A stretch of DNA of 64,000 bases, taken from contig JBAZJG010000006.1 of NCBI GenBank assembly GCA_041651455.1, positions 25,409-89,408 of the forward strand, written 5' to 3'. Below the pieces are notes generated by a model that saw only the letters and a program-made list of their open reading frames with translations, ran no database searches and was not told the DNA's origin. Source of the stretch: Candidatus Omnitrophota bacterium. Lineage in GTDB: Bacteria > Omnitrophota > Gorgyraeia > Pluralincolimonadales > Pluralincolimonadaceae. Below, one piece after another: positions 20,491-31,327 of this stretch (position 1 is the stretch's first letter; the number at the start of each line of letters is the position of its first letter). The position numbers and the translations under genes are program-made.

Positions 20491-22016
20491 TTTACCGCAC
20501 CCTTGAATTCTTCTACCTTCAGGACGACGCAGGCGGCAAGGAATACCGCGATGCCGGCGGTAACCATTACCGCGACCTTCGCGACGGGGCGCATCATCAT
20601 ATTCGCGTCGAGCAGCAGCAATACGGCCGCCATGGCGGCGGAGGCCGCCAATACACGCATGAACGAATCTATCACCGGCCCGGCGCCGAGATACCCTATC
20701 TTCTTACCGAGCATCGAGAAGAGCATGAAAAAGTTCGCGATGCTCGCGAGCGATGTGGCCAACGCGAGACCGCCGACCTTCAGCGGGAACATCAACGCGA
20801 CATTCAATATGATATTTATTACGAGCGCGGCGGCCGCGGCCTTTACCGGCGTCTTCGTGTCCTTAAGCGAATAGAACGCCGAGACGAGTATCTTGACCCC
20901 GGCATAAGCGAAAAGCCCTATGGAATAAAAGAGCAGCGCGTTCGCGGTTATCTGCGTCGAATAGCTGTCGAACGAGCCCCTTTCGAAGAGCGCGCGGACT
21001 ATCGGCCGGGCAAGCACGATCAACCCGACGGACGAAGGCACCGTTATGAAGAATACCGAGCGCAGCGAGAAAGAGAGCGTCTGCTTGAACTTTTCGATGT
21101 CCTCCTTTGCCGCATGCTCCGACATCGTAGGAAGCATCGCCTGCGAGAAGGCCGTCCCGAATATCGCGAGCGGCAGCATCCACAACCTGTTCGAGTAATA
21201 TATAGCGGCGATGGCCCCTTCGCCGACTATAGAGGAAAGCGAAGCGAGTATAGTATTGACGAAGACGTTCACCTGGTAGATGCTGGCACCCAGCACGCGC
21301 GGGACGAGCAGGCGGCCGACCTCCGCGGCACCCGGATGCCTGAACCTGTCGAGACGCGGGAACGCGAGGCCCCTTGAAGCAAGCTGCGGCACCTGGACCA
21401 GCAGCTGCAGCACCCCTCCGGCGAGCACGCCTAACGCGAGGCCCATGATGGGCACCTGCATCACCGGGCAGAGCCATAACGCAGCCGCAATGAAGACGAT
21501 GTTCCAGAGCGGCTGGCTGAACGCCGACGCCCCGAAGAGCTTCAGCGAGTTCAGGATGCCGGTCGTATAGGCGGTCAGCCCGACGAGGAATATATAGGGG
21601 AACATCCAGCGGGTAAGCTCCACTGTAATGCGGAACTTTTCGGGGTCCTTTACGAAACCAGGCGCTATCAGCGCGACTATCGCCGGGGTGAAGACCATGC
21701 CGAGCGCCGTTATCGCCGCAAGGACGACTATCATTACGTTGAGCAGTGCCTGCGCGAGCCCCCAGAACTCCTCTTTGGTCTTCTTTACGGCATAGGAGCT
21801 CAAGACCGGCACGAAAGCGGCATTGGCGGCACCCTCACCGACGAGGTCGCGGAGCATGTTCGGTATCCTGAAAGCGACGACGAACGCCTGCAGGGGCACC
21901 GAGGTGCCGAACACCGCGGCTATAATTATGTCTCGGACGAAGCCGAGGATACGGCTCGCCGATATGCCCAGGCCGATGATCCCGGCCGATTTTGCCAGCG
22001 ATTTATGAGTTGACAT
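20469..22016 (-). CDS. murJ: Lipid II flippase MurJ/MviN
   Basis: 515 aa. N-terminus SAGIIGLGISASRILGFVRDIIIAAVFG and 14-TM MOP-superfamily pattern. Confidence 0.85.
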   Translation of the reverse strand: MSTHKSLAKSAGIIGLGISASRILGFVRDIIIAAVFGTSVPLQAFVVAFRIPNMLRDLVGEGAANAAFVPVLSSYAVKKTKEEFWGLAQALLNVMIVVLAAITALGMVFTPAIVALIAPGFVKDPEKFRITVELTRWMFPYIFLVGLTAYTTGILNSLKLFGASAFSQPLWNIVFIAAALWLCPVMQVPIMGLALGVLAGGVLQLLVQVPQLASRGLAFPRLDRFRHPGAAEVGRLLVPRVLGASIYQVNVFVNTILASLSSIVGEGAIAAIYYSNRLWMLPLAIFGTAFSQAMLPTMSEHAAKEDIEKFKQTLSFSLRSVFFITVPSSVGLIVLARPIVRALFERGSFDSYSTQITANALLFYSIGLFAYAGVKILVSAFYSLKDTKTPVKAAAAALVINIILNVALMFPLKVGGLALATSLASIANFFMLFSMLGKKIGYLGAGPVIDSFMRVLAASAAMAAVLLLLDANMMMRPVAKVAVMVTAGIAVFLAACVVLKVEEFKGAVKWISRRR

Positions 22017-22070
22017 TTTATGCCTTATATGGTATTTTTACATAACCGTAACTTGAAAGGAGAAACACAG

Positions 22071-22334
22071 TTGCCAAATCTACCAAATGCCGCAAAAAGA
22101 ATACGCCAGGACAAGAAAAGGCGCGAAAGAAACGATAAAGTCGAGTCCGAAATAAAGAGCCTCGCGAAGAAGTTCGTAATGGCGCTTGCCGCCAAGAAGA
22201 ACGACGAAGCAAAAAAGCTCGGACTTTCTCTCGTATCGAAGCTCGACAGGGCCCGTTCCAAGGGCATCATCCACAGGAACACCGTGTCGCGCAAGAGAGC
22301 CCGCATCCTATCCAAGATCGCTAAGATCAGATAG
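22071..22334 (+). CDS. rpsT: 30S ribosomal protein S20
   Basis: Track ORF 22020..22334 starts upstream. The S20 N-terminus (LPNAAKRIRQDKKRRERN) begins at TTG 22071, which lies 10 nt after AAGGAG (22055-22060). About 87 aa. Gene-symbol confidence is also 0.8. Confidence 0.8.
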   Translation: MPNLPNAAKRIRQDKKRRERNDKVESEIKSLAKKFVMALAAKKNDEAKKLGLSLVSKLDRARSKGIIHRNTVSRKRARILSKIAKIR

Positions 22335-23198
22335 CCTTATCACAAGAGATTCCAGGATAACTTTCTTATCGAGGTCCCTTGTCTTCACGTCGCGGTCTGC
22401 CTTCGAAAGGAAGGCGAAGCACTCTTTCAGCCATGCCGTCGCGCGCTGGGACCGGCCCATCAACCTGGCTTTCCGCTTCAGCGCCGCGCCGATAGCCCCG
22501 ATTATGCTCTCCGGCTTGGTGGAATCCCTTAACAGGCCCGACAACAGCAACAATGCGCGGGCCTTATTGCCTGCGCACATCGCGTCGGTCATCTCGAAGA
22601 CGCTCTCTTCTAGCGACCTTCCGACGAGGTTCTCGACGTCCTTCTTCTCTATTACTTTCCTGTCTCCGGTATAATTAGCGAGTTTCTCCACGGCCATCCG
22701 GACGTATCCGATGTCGTTCCCTATCTTGCCGGTCAACAGGTCTATCGAATCCCCGCCTATCTGCTTGCCGTAAAGCGACGCCCTCTCGCTTATATAGCGC
22801 TTGAGGTCCGCGCCTTCGGGGCTTGAGAAATTCTTCACTTTCGCATATTGGGACAGCCCCGACAGGAAAGGATCGTCCGCGGCTTCCTTCGGGCTCATAT
22901 CCGCGGTTATCACGAGTACCGTGCTCTCGAACCCGTCTTTCGCGTATTCCGCTACGGGCCCTTTGGCTTCCTTCGGCAGTTTTTCGGCATTTTTTATGAC
23001 AACGAAACGTTTGGGGCTCAGGAACGGCTGGGTATTGACCGCGTCCTGGAATCCCTGGGGATCGAACTGGTCGGAGTAGAATACGGAAAAATTTAGGTCG
23101 GCGTCGCCGCCGGAGAGGGTCTGTTTCTTGAGTTCTTCGAGGGCTTCCCCTTTAAGGGCGTTCTCTCTTCCTAGAAAAAGGTATACTAAACCGGGCAT
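22308..23198 (-). CDS. holA: DNA polymerase III delta subunit
   Basis: 296 aa. Clamp-loader delta-like N-terminal region. Supported by conserved lptE-holA synteny. 3' end overlaps the rpsT 3' end (convergent). Confidence 0.6.
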   Translation of the reverse strand: MPGLVYLFLGRENALKGEALEELKKQTLSGGDADLNFSVFYSDQFDPQGFQDAVNTQPFLSPKRFVVIKNAEKLPKEAKGPVAEYAKDGFESTVLVITADMSPKEAADDPFLSGLSQYAKVKNFSSPEGADLKRYISERASLYGKQIGGDSIDLLTGKIGNDIGYVRMAVEKLANYTGDRKVIEKKDVENLVGRSLEESVFEMTDAMCAGNKARALLLLSGLLRDSTKPESIIGAIGAALKRKARLMGRSQRATAWLKECFAFLSKADRDVKTRDLDKKVILESLVIRLSDLSDLG

Positions 23199-23207
23199 CT
23201 GAAGGCC

Positions 23208-23762
23208 CTACCAATCCTCAACGGTCCTTTCAACGATCCTGTCCGCCAGGTCTTCTACCGCCTCGTTTATCGCAGTGTCTTCCGACTTGGCCTTCGGCCC
23301 GGTCAGCGCGTATTCCTGGAAACCGACGAAACCGTTCTCGGTCCAGGCCGTCTTGGCATTTACAACATCCTCAAGCGATATATTCACTATGATATTCGCC
23401 CTGTATTCCTCGACGTTCTCGCTGCGCTGGTCGTACCTCAAGGGCTGCTTGTCATAATTTATCAATGCGCCCGTCAATATGAGGTCCGCCTGGTCCTCGT
23501 CCGAGACCACCTTGAGGTAGCCGTCTACCATGAACCTGTTGATCACCGCGTTCGTGACCTTGACTTCCATGCCCGGACGGTAGAGCCGGTAGGGGTTCTT
23601 GTCGGAAAGGTCGGAACTGATGTTCAGGTCTACCTTGTTCTCGAACGGCTTGATGAATATCCTTGTCGCTTTACTGTACGCGAGCGAGCGCGTCGAATAG
23701 CCGCAGCCCGCTACCGATGCCGCCAGGATAAACGCCGTTAACGCGAGGGATATCTTCTTCAT
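23208..23762 (-). CDS. lptE: LPS-assembly lipoprotein LptE
   Basis: 184 aa. Lipobox VAGC. Size and position immediately upstream of holA match the conserved leuS-lptE-holA arrangement. Confidence 0.5.
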   Translation of the reverse strand: MKKISLALTAFILAASVAGCGYSTRSLAYSKATRIFIKPFENKVDLNISSDLSDKNPYRLYRPGMEVKVTNAVINRFMVDGYLKVVSDEDQADLILTGALINYDKQPLRYDQRSENVEEYRANIIVNISLEDVVNAKTAWTENGFVGFQEYALTGPKAKSEDTAINEAVEDLADRIVERTVEDW

Positions 23763-24715
23763 TTTTTCTTCTTCTTTTCTATTATGTCGAGCCGTTCCTG
23801 CGCCTTCTTCGCGGTCTCCGTATCGGGCAGGGTATCGACGATGCTCCTATAATATACCTCGGCCGACTTGTACTGCCCCTGCCTCCAGTAGAAATCCGCG
23901 ATGTTATAATCGCTCTGCGCCTTCTTCTCCCTCAGCGACTGGCGCATCTTGTCGGCTTCGCCGGTCAGGTTCGATTCGGGGTGGCGTTTTGAAAAATCCT
24001 CTATCTCCTGCAGCGCCGAATCCGTCTCGGACTGGTCGTAGCTCGGTTTCAGCGACGCCTGCGAGGCGCAAAGCCCCACCTGGAAGTTCGCTTCCTCCGC
24101 AAGCTTGCTCTCGGGATGCTCGTCGACGAGTTTCTGGAAAGTCAGGCGCGCCTGCTGGAAATCTCCGGCCTTCTTGTAGCATTCGCCCATCTTATACAGC
24201 GCCTGGTCCGCGAACTTCCCGTAAGGCGCGTTATCGATGACCTTCTGGTACATCTCTATCGCCCTGTACACCGACGGGAAAGTCGGTATGCCCCAGAGCC
24301 GGACCTTCTCGCCGAGGTAAAATTTGTTCGCTATCCCATACTGCAGCTCTATCATCTCGTCGAGCCTCTTCGAGAAAGGGTATGTCTCCACGGCCTTCTG
24401 GTAGGCGTTGAAGGCCTGCTCATACTCCTCGAGGCCCTCGTAGGACTTGCCGGCAAAATACTGCCCTTCCGCCGAAAGTTCCGCCTGCGGGTAATAGCGC
24501 ACGAGCTTCTGGAACTCTTCAGCGGCCTTCTTGTAATCCTTCGATTCGTAAAATTTCATGGCCCAGTCGAACTGTTCCTGCGGCGTGTCCTTGACGGCCC
24601 ACTTCGGATTTATCCAGGTTCCCGTCTGCGGGGTCCATATCCAGTAGGCACAGGCGTACTGCAGCGGCAACAGTACAGCAACCGCAGTTAATATAATAAA
24701 AAAATATCTTCTCAT
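23759..24715 (-). CDS. bamD: BamD/YfiO-like TPR outer-membrane assembly lipoprotein
   Basis: 318 aa. N-terminal signal, TPR-like helical repeats (FYESKDYKKAAEEFQKLVRYYPQAELSAEGQYFAGKSY...). Overlaps lptE start by 4 nt. Confidence 0.5.
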   Translation of the reverse strand: MRRYFFIILTAVAVLLPLQYACAYWIWTPQTGTWINPKWAVKDTPQEQFDWAMKFYESKDYKKAAEEFQKLVRYYPQAELSAEGQYFAGKSYEGLEEYEQAFNAYQKAVETYPFSKRLDEMIELQYGIANKFYLGEKVRLWGIPTFPSVYRAIEMYQKVIDNAPYGKFADQALYKMGECYKKAGDFQQARLTFQKLVDEHPESKLAEEANFQVGLCASQASLKPSYDQSETDSALQEIEDFSKRHPESNLTGEADKMRQSLREKKAQSDYNIADFYWRQGQYKSAEVYYRSIVDTLPDTETAKKAQERLDIIEKKKKK

Positions 24716-24745
24716 AGACGTTTCGCCTTCCGGGTTATAGCGGGT

Positions 24746-25108
24746 TTACTGCTTGAGGACGGACCTTTCGACAAAATCACATATGCTGCGCCTGTCTTCG
24801 TCGGGCATGTCGACAAACTCGACCCCGACTTCATACTGTTCTCCGTAAGGGCGCTTGCGGACCCATGCCACCTTCGAGACCACCCTGACGGGTTTCGGGG
24901 TGGAGGGCACCGCAATATCCAGGACGAGCCTCGTAAATACGGATATGAACTCATTTACGAGCATCCTTATGCCGCCCGTGGAAATATCCCTGGAGATGGC
25001 GCTTATGACGGAACCGTTGGCCTGGCGTATTCCCCTGTACTGGACCGACATGGCCGTGTTGATCCGCTCATACTGCCTTCTTTCAGGGAAATCTGACTTA
25101 GATTGCAT
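24746..25108 (-). CDS. PilZ domain protein (c-di-GMP binding)
   Basis: PilZ motifs RRQYER and DISTGG. Track ORF starts at 25198 (alternative start). ATG at 25108 (MQSKSDF...) is preceded by AGGGGG and avoids overlap with comEC. Confidence 0.6.
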   Translation of the reverse strand: MQSKSDFPERRQYERINTAMSVQYRGIRQANGSVISAISRDISTGGIRMLVNEFISVFTRLVLDIAVPSTPKPVRVVSKVAWVRKRPYGEQYEVGVEFVDMPDEDRRSICDFVERSVLKQ

Positions 25109-25157
25109 AGAGCGCCCCCTAATCATAGATGATTTTATACCCCGGAAGCACCTTTTG

Positions 25158-27551
25158 TCAACGTGAAATTTTACGGCTACTTTTGAAATTGCCCACAATA
25201 AGTCCTTTACCGTCCGTAGACGCGAATACCGCGCCGTCCTCGTTCGTCCTGTATACCTTTATGCCTTTGGAGACCATCAGGCCCTGCATCTTTACCGAGG
25301 CCTCCTCTTCCCTTTGGGCCCTGCCCTGCGATATGACGGCGTATCCGGGCTTTGCGGCCTCTATGGACGCTTCCGCCTCTTCGCTAAGCTTCTGTCCGTG
25401 GTGCGGAAGCATCAGAAGGCCTGACCTTGCGGCATCCGGATATCCGATGAATACCTCCGATATCAACCCGCTGCCGATATCCCCGCAAAACAGGAACTTC
25501 CCTTCGCCAAACTTGATGCCAAGAGCGACCGACTTATCGTTGGCGGATACCGATCTATCGGACGCGCGGCCTTCGCAAGGGTTGAGGCAGGTAATATCCA
25601 CGCCCGCCACGCCGGTTATCGAATCCCCCCGCTTTAATATATGGCGCGGGATACGACGCGCTGTAACTGCCTTTTCAAATGACCTGTATAACCCGGTGCC
25701 CGACCCGGCGCCGCTTTCGAATATGTTCCTTACTGCGACGCCTTCGAGCACGGCGGACAGTCCTCCGACATGATCGGCATCGGGATGAGTCAGCACGACG
25801 GCGTCGAGCACCTGCACGCCTCTGCTCCTGAGGAACGGCAGCACGACACTCCTGCCGGCATCCCAATCTTCCCCTCCGCCCGAACCGCCGTCTATAAGCA
25901 TATTGCCTCCGCCGGGAAATTCCAGGAAGACGGAATCTCCGTGGCCCACGTCGAGGAATGTGGCGCGCAGTTGCTTATTGACGGGAGCCAGCGCGTTTGT
26001 CCATATGATGATATCCGCCGTTATGAGCGCCGCGGCAATGATCTTGGCTCCCCTTATCTTAAGCCGCTCCCTTTGCGTATAGGCGATTATAAATATATAG
26101 TATGCGACGACGGCGTATACCGGAGGCTCCGGAAGGTAAAAATGGCCGAACGGGACCTTCGCGAGCAGGCCGTTCGCGCGGAAGAGAACTTCGCAGAGGA
26201 ACCATACGGATGCCGCGAATACATTCCCGACGGAAGGCAGTATGAGGCCGAATAATATGAACGGCGCGGCGGCCGCGGTTATCGCGAACGAAAGCGGCAC
26301 CGCTATAAGGTTCGCGGCGATCGCGACCGGCGTCACTATATTGAAATACGCCAGTATAAGCGGAGCGACTCCCGCCCATGCGGCCAGCGAGACCATACAT
26401 CCCTGCACCGCGTAGTTGCGAAGCTTTGCCTTGGGGACAAGTTCCTGCATCAGCGGGACAAAATACAAAAGCGACGCCACTGACAGGAACGACAGCTGGA
26501 ACCCGATATCGAATAATGCGGCGGGGTCGAAACCGAGTATTATTATCGCCGCAAGCCCCAGGGAGTTCCAGAGCGAAGCGTCCCTGCCGATGAGCAGGCC
26601 GGCGAGTATCGCGACGGACATGACCGTAGCCCTGCCCACGGAAGGCGTCCCGCCCGTAAGCACCGCGTAAAACATGAGCAGCGCTATAGCGGCGCAGTAA
26701 CCGGCTTTCCTCGGTATCCTGAGCATCCCGAATACCAACAGCATAAGGAAAGCGATGAGCCCGACATTAAGCCCGCTTATCGCGAGCAGGTGTACGGTCC
26801 CGGTCTTCATGAAATCATCGTTGAGGCCGTCGCTGACCCCCTGCCTCTGCCCAAGAAGGATGGCAATAAGAAAATTACCGGCGTCCCCGTCGGGGAAATT
26901 CGCGGATATAAGCCCGCTTATCCTCGCCCTTGTCTTGTAGGCATAGTTTACTAACGGGTTCATTTTGCCCGCCCCGTCGATGAATTCCATATCCTTCGCG
27001 TTCGCCGACAGCGATGAAAATATGCGGTGCCTCTCGAGGTATTTTGCGTAATCGAACTCTCCGGGATTCCCGGGCCCGCGGGGCTTCGACAGTTTTCCGT
27101 ACAGGGCAATACTGTCCCCGTAAGATACCTTCTTCTTAGGGCTGCCGACGACGGAGATCTTCACTTTACCCGAGACGCGGGCTTTTATATCGCCGCGCCG
27201 CAATTCATGCGCTTCGAGGATGAAATTTGTCCTGGGTTCGCCGTAAAAGGTCTTCGTTACCGAAGGGTCGTCCGCCACGTTCCCTTCGAGGAGGACCTCT
27301 TCGGGATGCGAGGGGGTAAAATCCCTTATGTGGCCGGCAGGCAGGGCCTGGTTTACGCCCAGAAGCATGCATCCGATGAAAAAGAATGCCGCGGAAAGCG
27401 CTAAAAACGAAGCGCCCGCCCTTTTAATGAGGGCGGCTGATATCGCGAGGAAAAGGACGGTGAGCCCCGCAGAAAACAATACGGGGATCCGGATAATGCT
27501 TGCTATCCAGATCCCCGCAGATAGGTAAACCGCTATCCAGGTTAAAGGCAT
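25158..27551 (-). CDS. comEC: DNA internalization competence protein ComEC/Rec2 (with metallo-beta-lactamase domain)
   Basis: 797 aa. Competence membrane domain followed by an MBL fold (HGDSVFLEFPGGGNMLIDGG, HPDADHVGG). Confidence 0.85.
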   Translation of the reverse strand: MPLTWIAVYLSAGIWIASIIRIPVLFSAGLTVLFLAISAALIKRAGASFLALSAAFFFIGCMLLGVNQALPAGHIRDFTPSHPEEVLLEGNVADDPSVTKTFYGEPRTNFILEAHELRRGDIKARVSGKVKISVVGSPKKKVSYGDSIALYGKLSKPRGPGNPGEFDYAKYLERHRIFSSLSANAKDMEFIDGAGKMNPLVNYAYKTRARISGLISANFPDGDAGNFLIAILLGQRQGVSDGLNDDFMKTGTVHLLAISGLNVGLIAFLMLLVFGMLRIPRKAGYCAAIALLMFYAVLTGGTPSVGRATVMSVAILAGLLIGRDASLWNSLGLAAIIILGFDPAALFDIGFQLSFLSVASLLYFVPLMQELVPKAKLRNYAVQGCMVSLAAWAGVAPLILAYFNIVTPVAIAANLIAVPLSFAITAAAAPFILFGLILPSVGNVFAASVWFLCEVLFRANGLLAKVPFGHFYLPEPPVYAVVAYYIFIIAYTQRERLKIRGAKIIAAALITADIIIWTNALAPVNKQLRATFLDVGHGDSVFLEFPGGGNMLIDGGSGGGEDWDAGRSVVLPFLRSRGVQVLDAVVLTHPDADHVGGLSAVLEGVAVRNIFESGAGSGTGLYRSFEKAVTARRIPRHILKRGDSITGVAGVDITCLNPCEGRASDRSVSANDKSVALGIKFGEGKFLFCGDIGSGLISEVFIGYPDAARSGLLMLPHHGQKLSEEAEASIEAAKPGYAVISQGRAQREEEASVKMQGLMVSKGIKVYRTNEDGAVFASTDGKGLIVGNFKSSRKISR

Positions 27552-27557
27552 TCCGGC

Positions 27558-28502
27558 TTACTTTGCCGGGGCTGCCTCGGCCTTAGGCGCAGGCGGCATC
27601 AAAAGGTCCTTGTGTATGATAACCTTGTTCTTGTCCTTCAGGTCTTTAAGTATCTGCTCGAAACGCTCTTTCTGCTTGTCGGCCAGCAGCATCTGCTTGA
27701 GCTGGTCCTTGACATCGTCGAAGGAGAGCAGTTTCTCCGGCTGCTTTTCCGTGACCTTGATTATATGGTATCCGAACTGTGACTTGACGACCCCGCTTAC
27801 CTGTCCTGCCTGCAGCGCGAAAGCGGCGTTCTCGAACTCGGGGACCGTCTGTCCCTTGCCGATAAGGCCCAACTCCCCGCCCTTCTCCTTGCTCGGGCAC
27901 GTCGACTTCTCCTTGGCCAGCGCGGCAAAATCGGCGCCGCCGTTGAGCTTCGCGAGTACGTCGTTCGCTTCGGCTTCGGTCTCGACCAATATATGGGAGA
28001 CCTTTATCTTCTCGGATTCCTTGAACTTATCCTTGTTCGCCTCGTAATATTTCTTGGCGTCCTCATCGCTGACGACGACCTTATCCTCTATCTCCCTGCG
28101 CAGGAACTCCTTGATTATTATCTCTTTCCTGGCTTCCTCTATCTGTTTCTGCACCGCGGCGTCCTTATCGAGGTTGAGCTTCGCGGCCTCGTTATATAAC
28201 AGTTTCTGGTTTATGACACTTTCCGCGAACATGTCCTTGTGCTCTTCCGCCATCGGCTGGTACTGTTCGGGTATCTCCTTTATCATCCCGTTTATCTCTT
28301 CGAGAGTGATCTTCTCGCTGCCTATCTCTACGACTACCGTCCCGGTTTTCGCCCCGGAAGGTGCGCATGCGGAAGTTCCCGCCGGCTGCGGCTTTGCGGC
28401 CTCGGTTGTGGCCGTCTCCGGCTTCGGCGAAGCGCAGCACCCGGCTAATACGACTGCGGCAAAAACCGCCAAAATCACGGCAAAATACCTTGTCCTATGC
28501 AT
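27558..28502 (-). CDS. Parvulin-type peptidyl-prolyl isomerase lipoprotein (PrsA/SurA-like)
   Basis: 314 aa. Lipobox LAGC, chaperone-like N-domain, parvulin core (KVSHILVETEAEANDV..., SQFGYHIIKV). Confidence 0.7.
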   Translation of the reverse strand: MHRTRYFAVILAVFAAVVLAGCCASPKPETATTEAAKPQPAGTSACAPSGAKTGTVVVEIGSEKITLEEINGMIKEIPEQYQPMAEEHKDMFAESVINQKLLYNEAAKLNLDKDAAVQKQIEEARKEIIIKEFLRREIEDKVVVSDEDAKKYYEANKDKFKESEKIKVSHILVETEAEANDVLAKLNGGADFAALAKEKSTCPSKEKGGELGLIGKGQTVPEFENAAFALQAGQVSGVVKSQFGYHIIKVTEKQPEKLLSFDDVKDQLKQMLLADKQKERFEQILKDLKDKNKVIIHKDLLMPPAPKAEAAPAK

Positions 28503-28573
28503 CTTGCTGCTCCTTTCGTGTTGTTTACTTTAGGTATCAAAAACAAGGATTAAGTTTACCACAGAATCCTACG

Positions 28574-28927
28574 CTATTCAAGGACGATAAGGTCCTTTAT
28601 CTTCCCGTATGTCTTGGGCCCGATGCCCTCTACCTTCATTATATCTTCCTTAAGCAGGTACAGCCCCTTTGCGCCCCGGTAATTGACTATCCTTTCCGCC
28701 GTCTTTGGCCCGATATACGGCAATGAAGCTATTTTTGCCGCATCGGCGGTATTGATATTCACGGGCCCGGTCCCCGAGGAAGCGGCGCGGGCAGCGGCCT
28801 CGCCCGGGACTACTTTCAGTTCCGGACGGGCGACGTAGGTCCTGAACGCGATGACCGCGAGGCCCAATACGGCGAACACCCCAAGGGCAATAAGGACTTT
28901 CCTCTCCTGCGCGGTCAGGTCAAGCAA
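28574..28927 (-). CDS. comEA: Competence protein ComEA (helix-hairpin-helix DNA-binding)
   Basis: 117 aa. N-terminal TM, then the HhH pair (VNINTADAAKIASLPYIGPKTAERIV ... KVEGIGPKTYGKI). Confidence 0.8.
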   Translation of the reverse strand: MLDLTAQERKVLIALGVFAVLGLAVIAFRTYVARPELKVVPGEAAARAASSGTGPVNINTADAAKIASLPYIGPKTAERIVNYRGAKGLYLLKEDIMKVEGIGPKTYGKIKDLIVLE

Positions 28928-31321
28928 CTATGCTAACGAGCCTCTTCGGTACGACGACGATGTTCTTGACGGGCTTGCCCTCGAGCCATTGCTTCACTTT
29001 TTCGTCCGACAGGGCCAGCTCCTTAAGTTTCTCGTCGCTGATGTCGTTGGGGACTTCCACTTTCGAACGGACCTTGCCGTTCACCTGGATGACTATAGTG
29101 ATATTCTCGTCGACGAGCATCTTCGGGTCGAACTTCGGCCAGCCGGCCTTTAGGACGCTCTCCTTATTGCCGAGCGACTGCCATATCTCCTCGCAGAAAT
29201 GCGGGGCGATCGGGGACAGTATCAGCACAAGCGACGAATATACTTCCTTGTCCGCGCCGGACTGGTAGATCGCGTTGACGAGCTCCATCATCGAGGCGAT
29301 AGCCGTATTGAACTTGAACTCGCCTATATCATCCGTGACCTTTTTTATCGTCCTGTGCGTGAGGCGCACCAGCGCAGGGTCGGCTTTCTCCTTGAGGTTC
29401 TCCTGTATACGCCATACGCGCGTGAGGAACCTGAACGCGCCCTCGGTGCCCCGTTCTTCCCACTCGAGTTCGGTCTCGGGCGGCGCCGCGAAAAGTATGA
29501 AGAGGCGCATCGTATCCGCGCCGTATTTCGCGATTATCTCGTCGGGATCGACGATATTCCCGCGCGACTTCGACATGACCTCGCCGTCCTTCAATACCAT
29601 TCCCTGGGTGAGGAGCTTCCTGAATGGCTCCTCGAAATCCAGCATGCCGATGTCTTTCAGGAATTTCGTGAAGAACCTCGAGTACAGAAGATGCAAAACG
29701 GCATGTTCGATGCCGCCGATATACTGGTCGACCGGCATCCAGTATTCTACATCGGCTTTTGAGAAAGCCGATGTGACATCACGGGGCGAGCAGAACCTGA
29801 GGAAATACCACGACGAGTCTATGAACGTCGCCATCGTGTCCGTCTCGCGTTTCGCCGCGCCGCCGCACTTCGGGCACCTCGTATCAGTAAATTCCTTTAC
29901 CTGAGAGAGCGGGCTCCCGCCCTTTCCCGTGAATTCCACGTTCTTCGGCAGGACGACCGGCAGGTCCTTTTCGGGGACCGGGACGACACCGCATTTCGCG
30001 CAATATATGACGGGTATGGGGGTCCCCCAATAGCGCTGGCGCGATATGAGCCAGTCGCGCAGGCGCCAGTTGACGGTGCGCTTGCCGATGCCCGTCTTAT
30101 CCATCCACTCCGCTATCTTCTTCTTGCCTTCCGCGTTCGTAAGGCCGTCGAACTGCGCCGAATTCACCTGGATGCCGTCTTCTTCGTAGGCCTCGGCCAT
30201 CTTATCCGCCGTGAGGTCCCCGCCTTGCCCCTCCCGAGAGGCAGGCCGGATGACGACGCGCATAGGCAGCCCGTGTTCCTTCGCGAACAGGAAATCCCTT
30301 TGGTCATGCGTAGGCACGGCCATTATCGCCCCCGTGCCGTATTCCATCAGGACGTAATCGGCGACCCATATCTGCACGGCCTCGTTATTGACGGGATTCA
30401 CCGCGTAGGCGCCGGTAAAGAAGCCCTCTTTCTTGACGTCGGCCGCGACGCGGACGACCTTGCTCTCCTTAGATACCTTATCTATGAACTGCAGGACCTG
30501 CTTCTCCTGCGGTTTTCCTTTTATGAGCCCCTTGACGAGAGGATGCTCGGGCGCGAGCACCACATAGGTACAGCCGAATATCGTGTCCTGGCGTGTCGTG
30601 AATACGGGTATCGTCTCGCCTGAAGCTTTTTCCTTGAAGAAGATCTCAACGCCCTCGCTCTTGCCTATCCAGTTCTTCTGCATCGTGATGACGCGCTCCG
30701 GCCAGTCCTTTAACCCGGCAAGATCGTCGAGCAATCTTTCTTTATAATCGGTTATCTTTATGAACCATTGGTCCAGCTCTTTTTGTTGGACCATGGACTT
30801 ACAGCGCCAGCATTTCCCGTCGATGACCTCCTCGTTAGCGAGGGTCGTCTCGCAATCGGGGCACCAGTTGACCACGGACGCCTTCTTGTACGCGAGCCCC
30901 TTCTCCATCATCTTCAGGAAAATCCACTGGTTCCAGCGGTAATAGTCCGGCAGGCAGGTCGAGACCTCGCGGTCCCAGTCGTAGGATAGGCCCATCTTCT
31001 TAAGCTGTTTCCTCATATTATCGATGCAGCTTAATGTCCAGGCCTCGGGATGGCTCTTGTTCTTGATGGCCGCGTTCTCCGCCGGCTGGCCGAACGCGTC
31101 GTATCCCATCGGGTGCAGGACGTTGTATCCCTGCATGATCTTCACGCGCGCGGCGACATCGCCTATCGTGTAATTGCGGACATGGCCCATATGGATGCGG
31201 CCCGAAGGGTACGGGAACATCTCGAGCAGGTAATACTTCTTCTTCGACGGGTCGGTCTTGACCCTGAATATCCCGCTATCCTGCCAATACCTCTGCCACT
31301 TCTCTTCTATCTGCCTGAAAT
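28920..31321 (-). CDS. leuS: Leucine--tRNA ligase
   Basis: Track ORF (to 31487) has an Arg-rich 55-aa leader that is unlikely to be real. The LeuS N-terminus (NYDFRQIEEKWQRYW, HMGHVRNY) begins at TTG 31321, preceded by GAGGAAG, which also removes the overlap with nfo. KMSKS and editing-domain motifs are present. Confidence 0.85.
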
Positions 31322-31327
31322 CGTAGT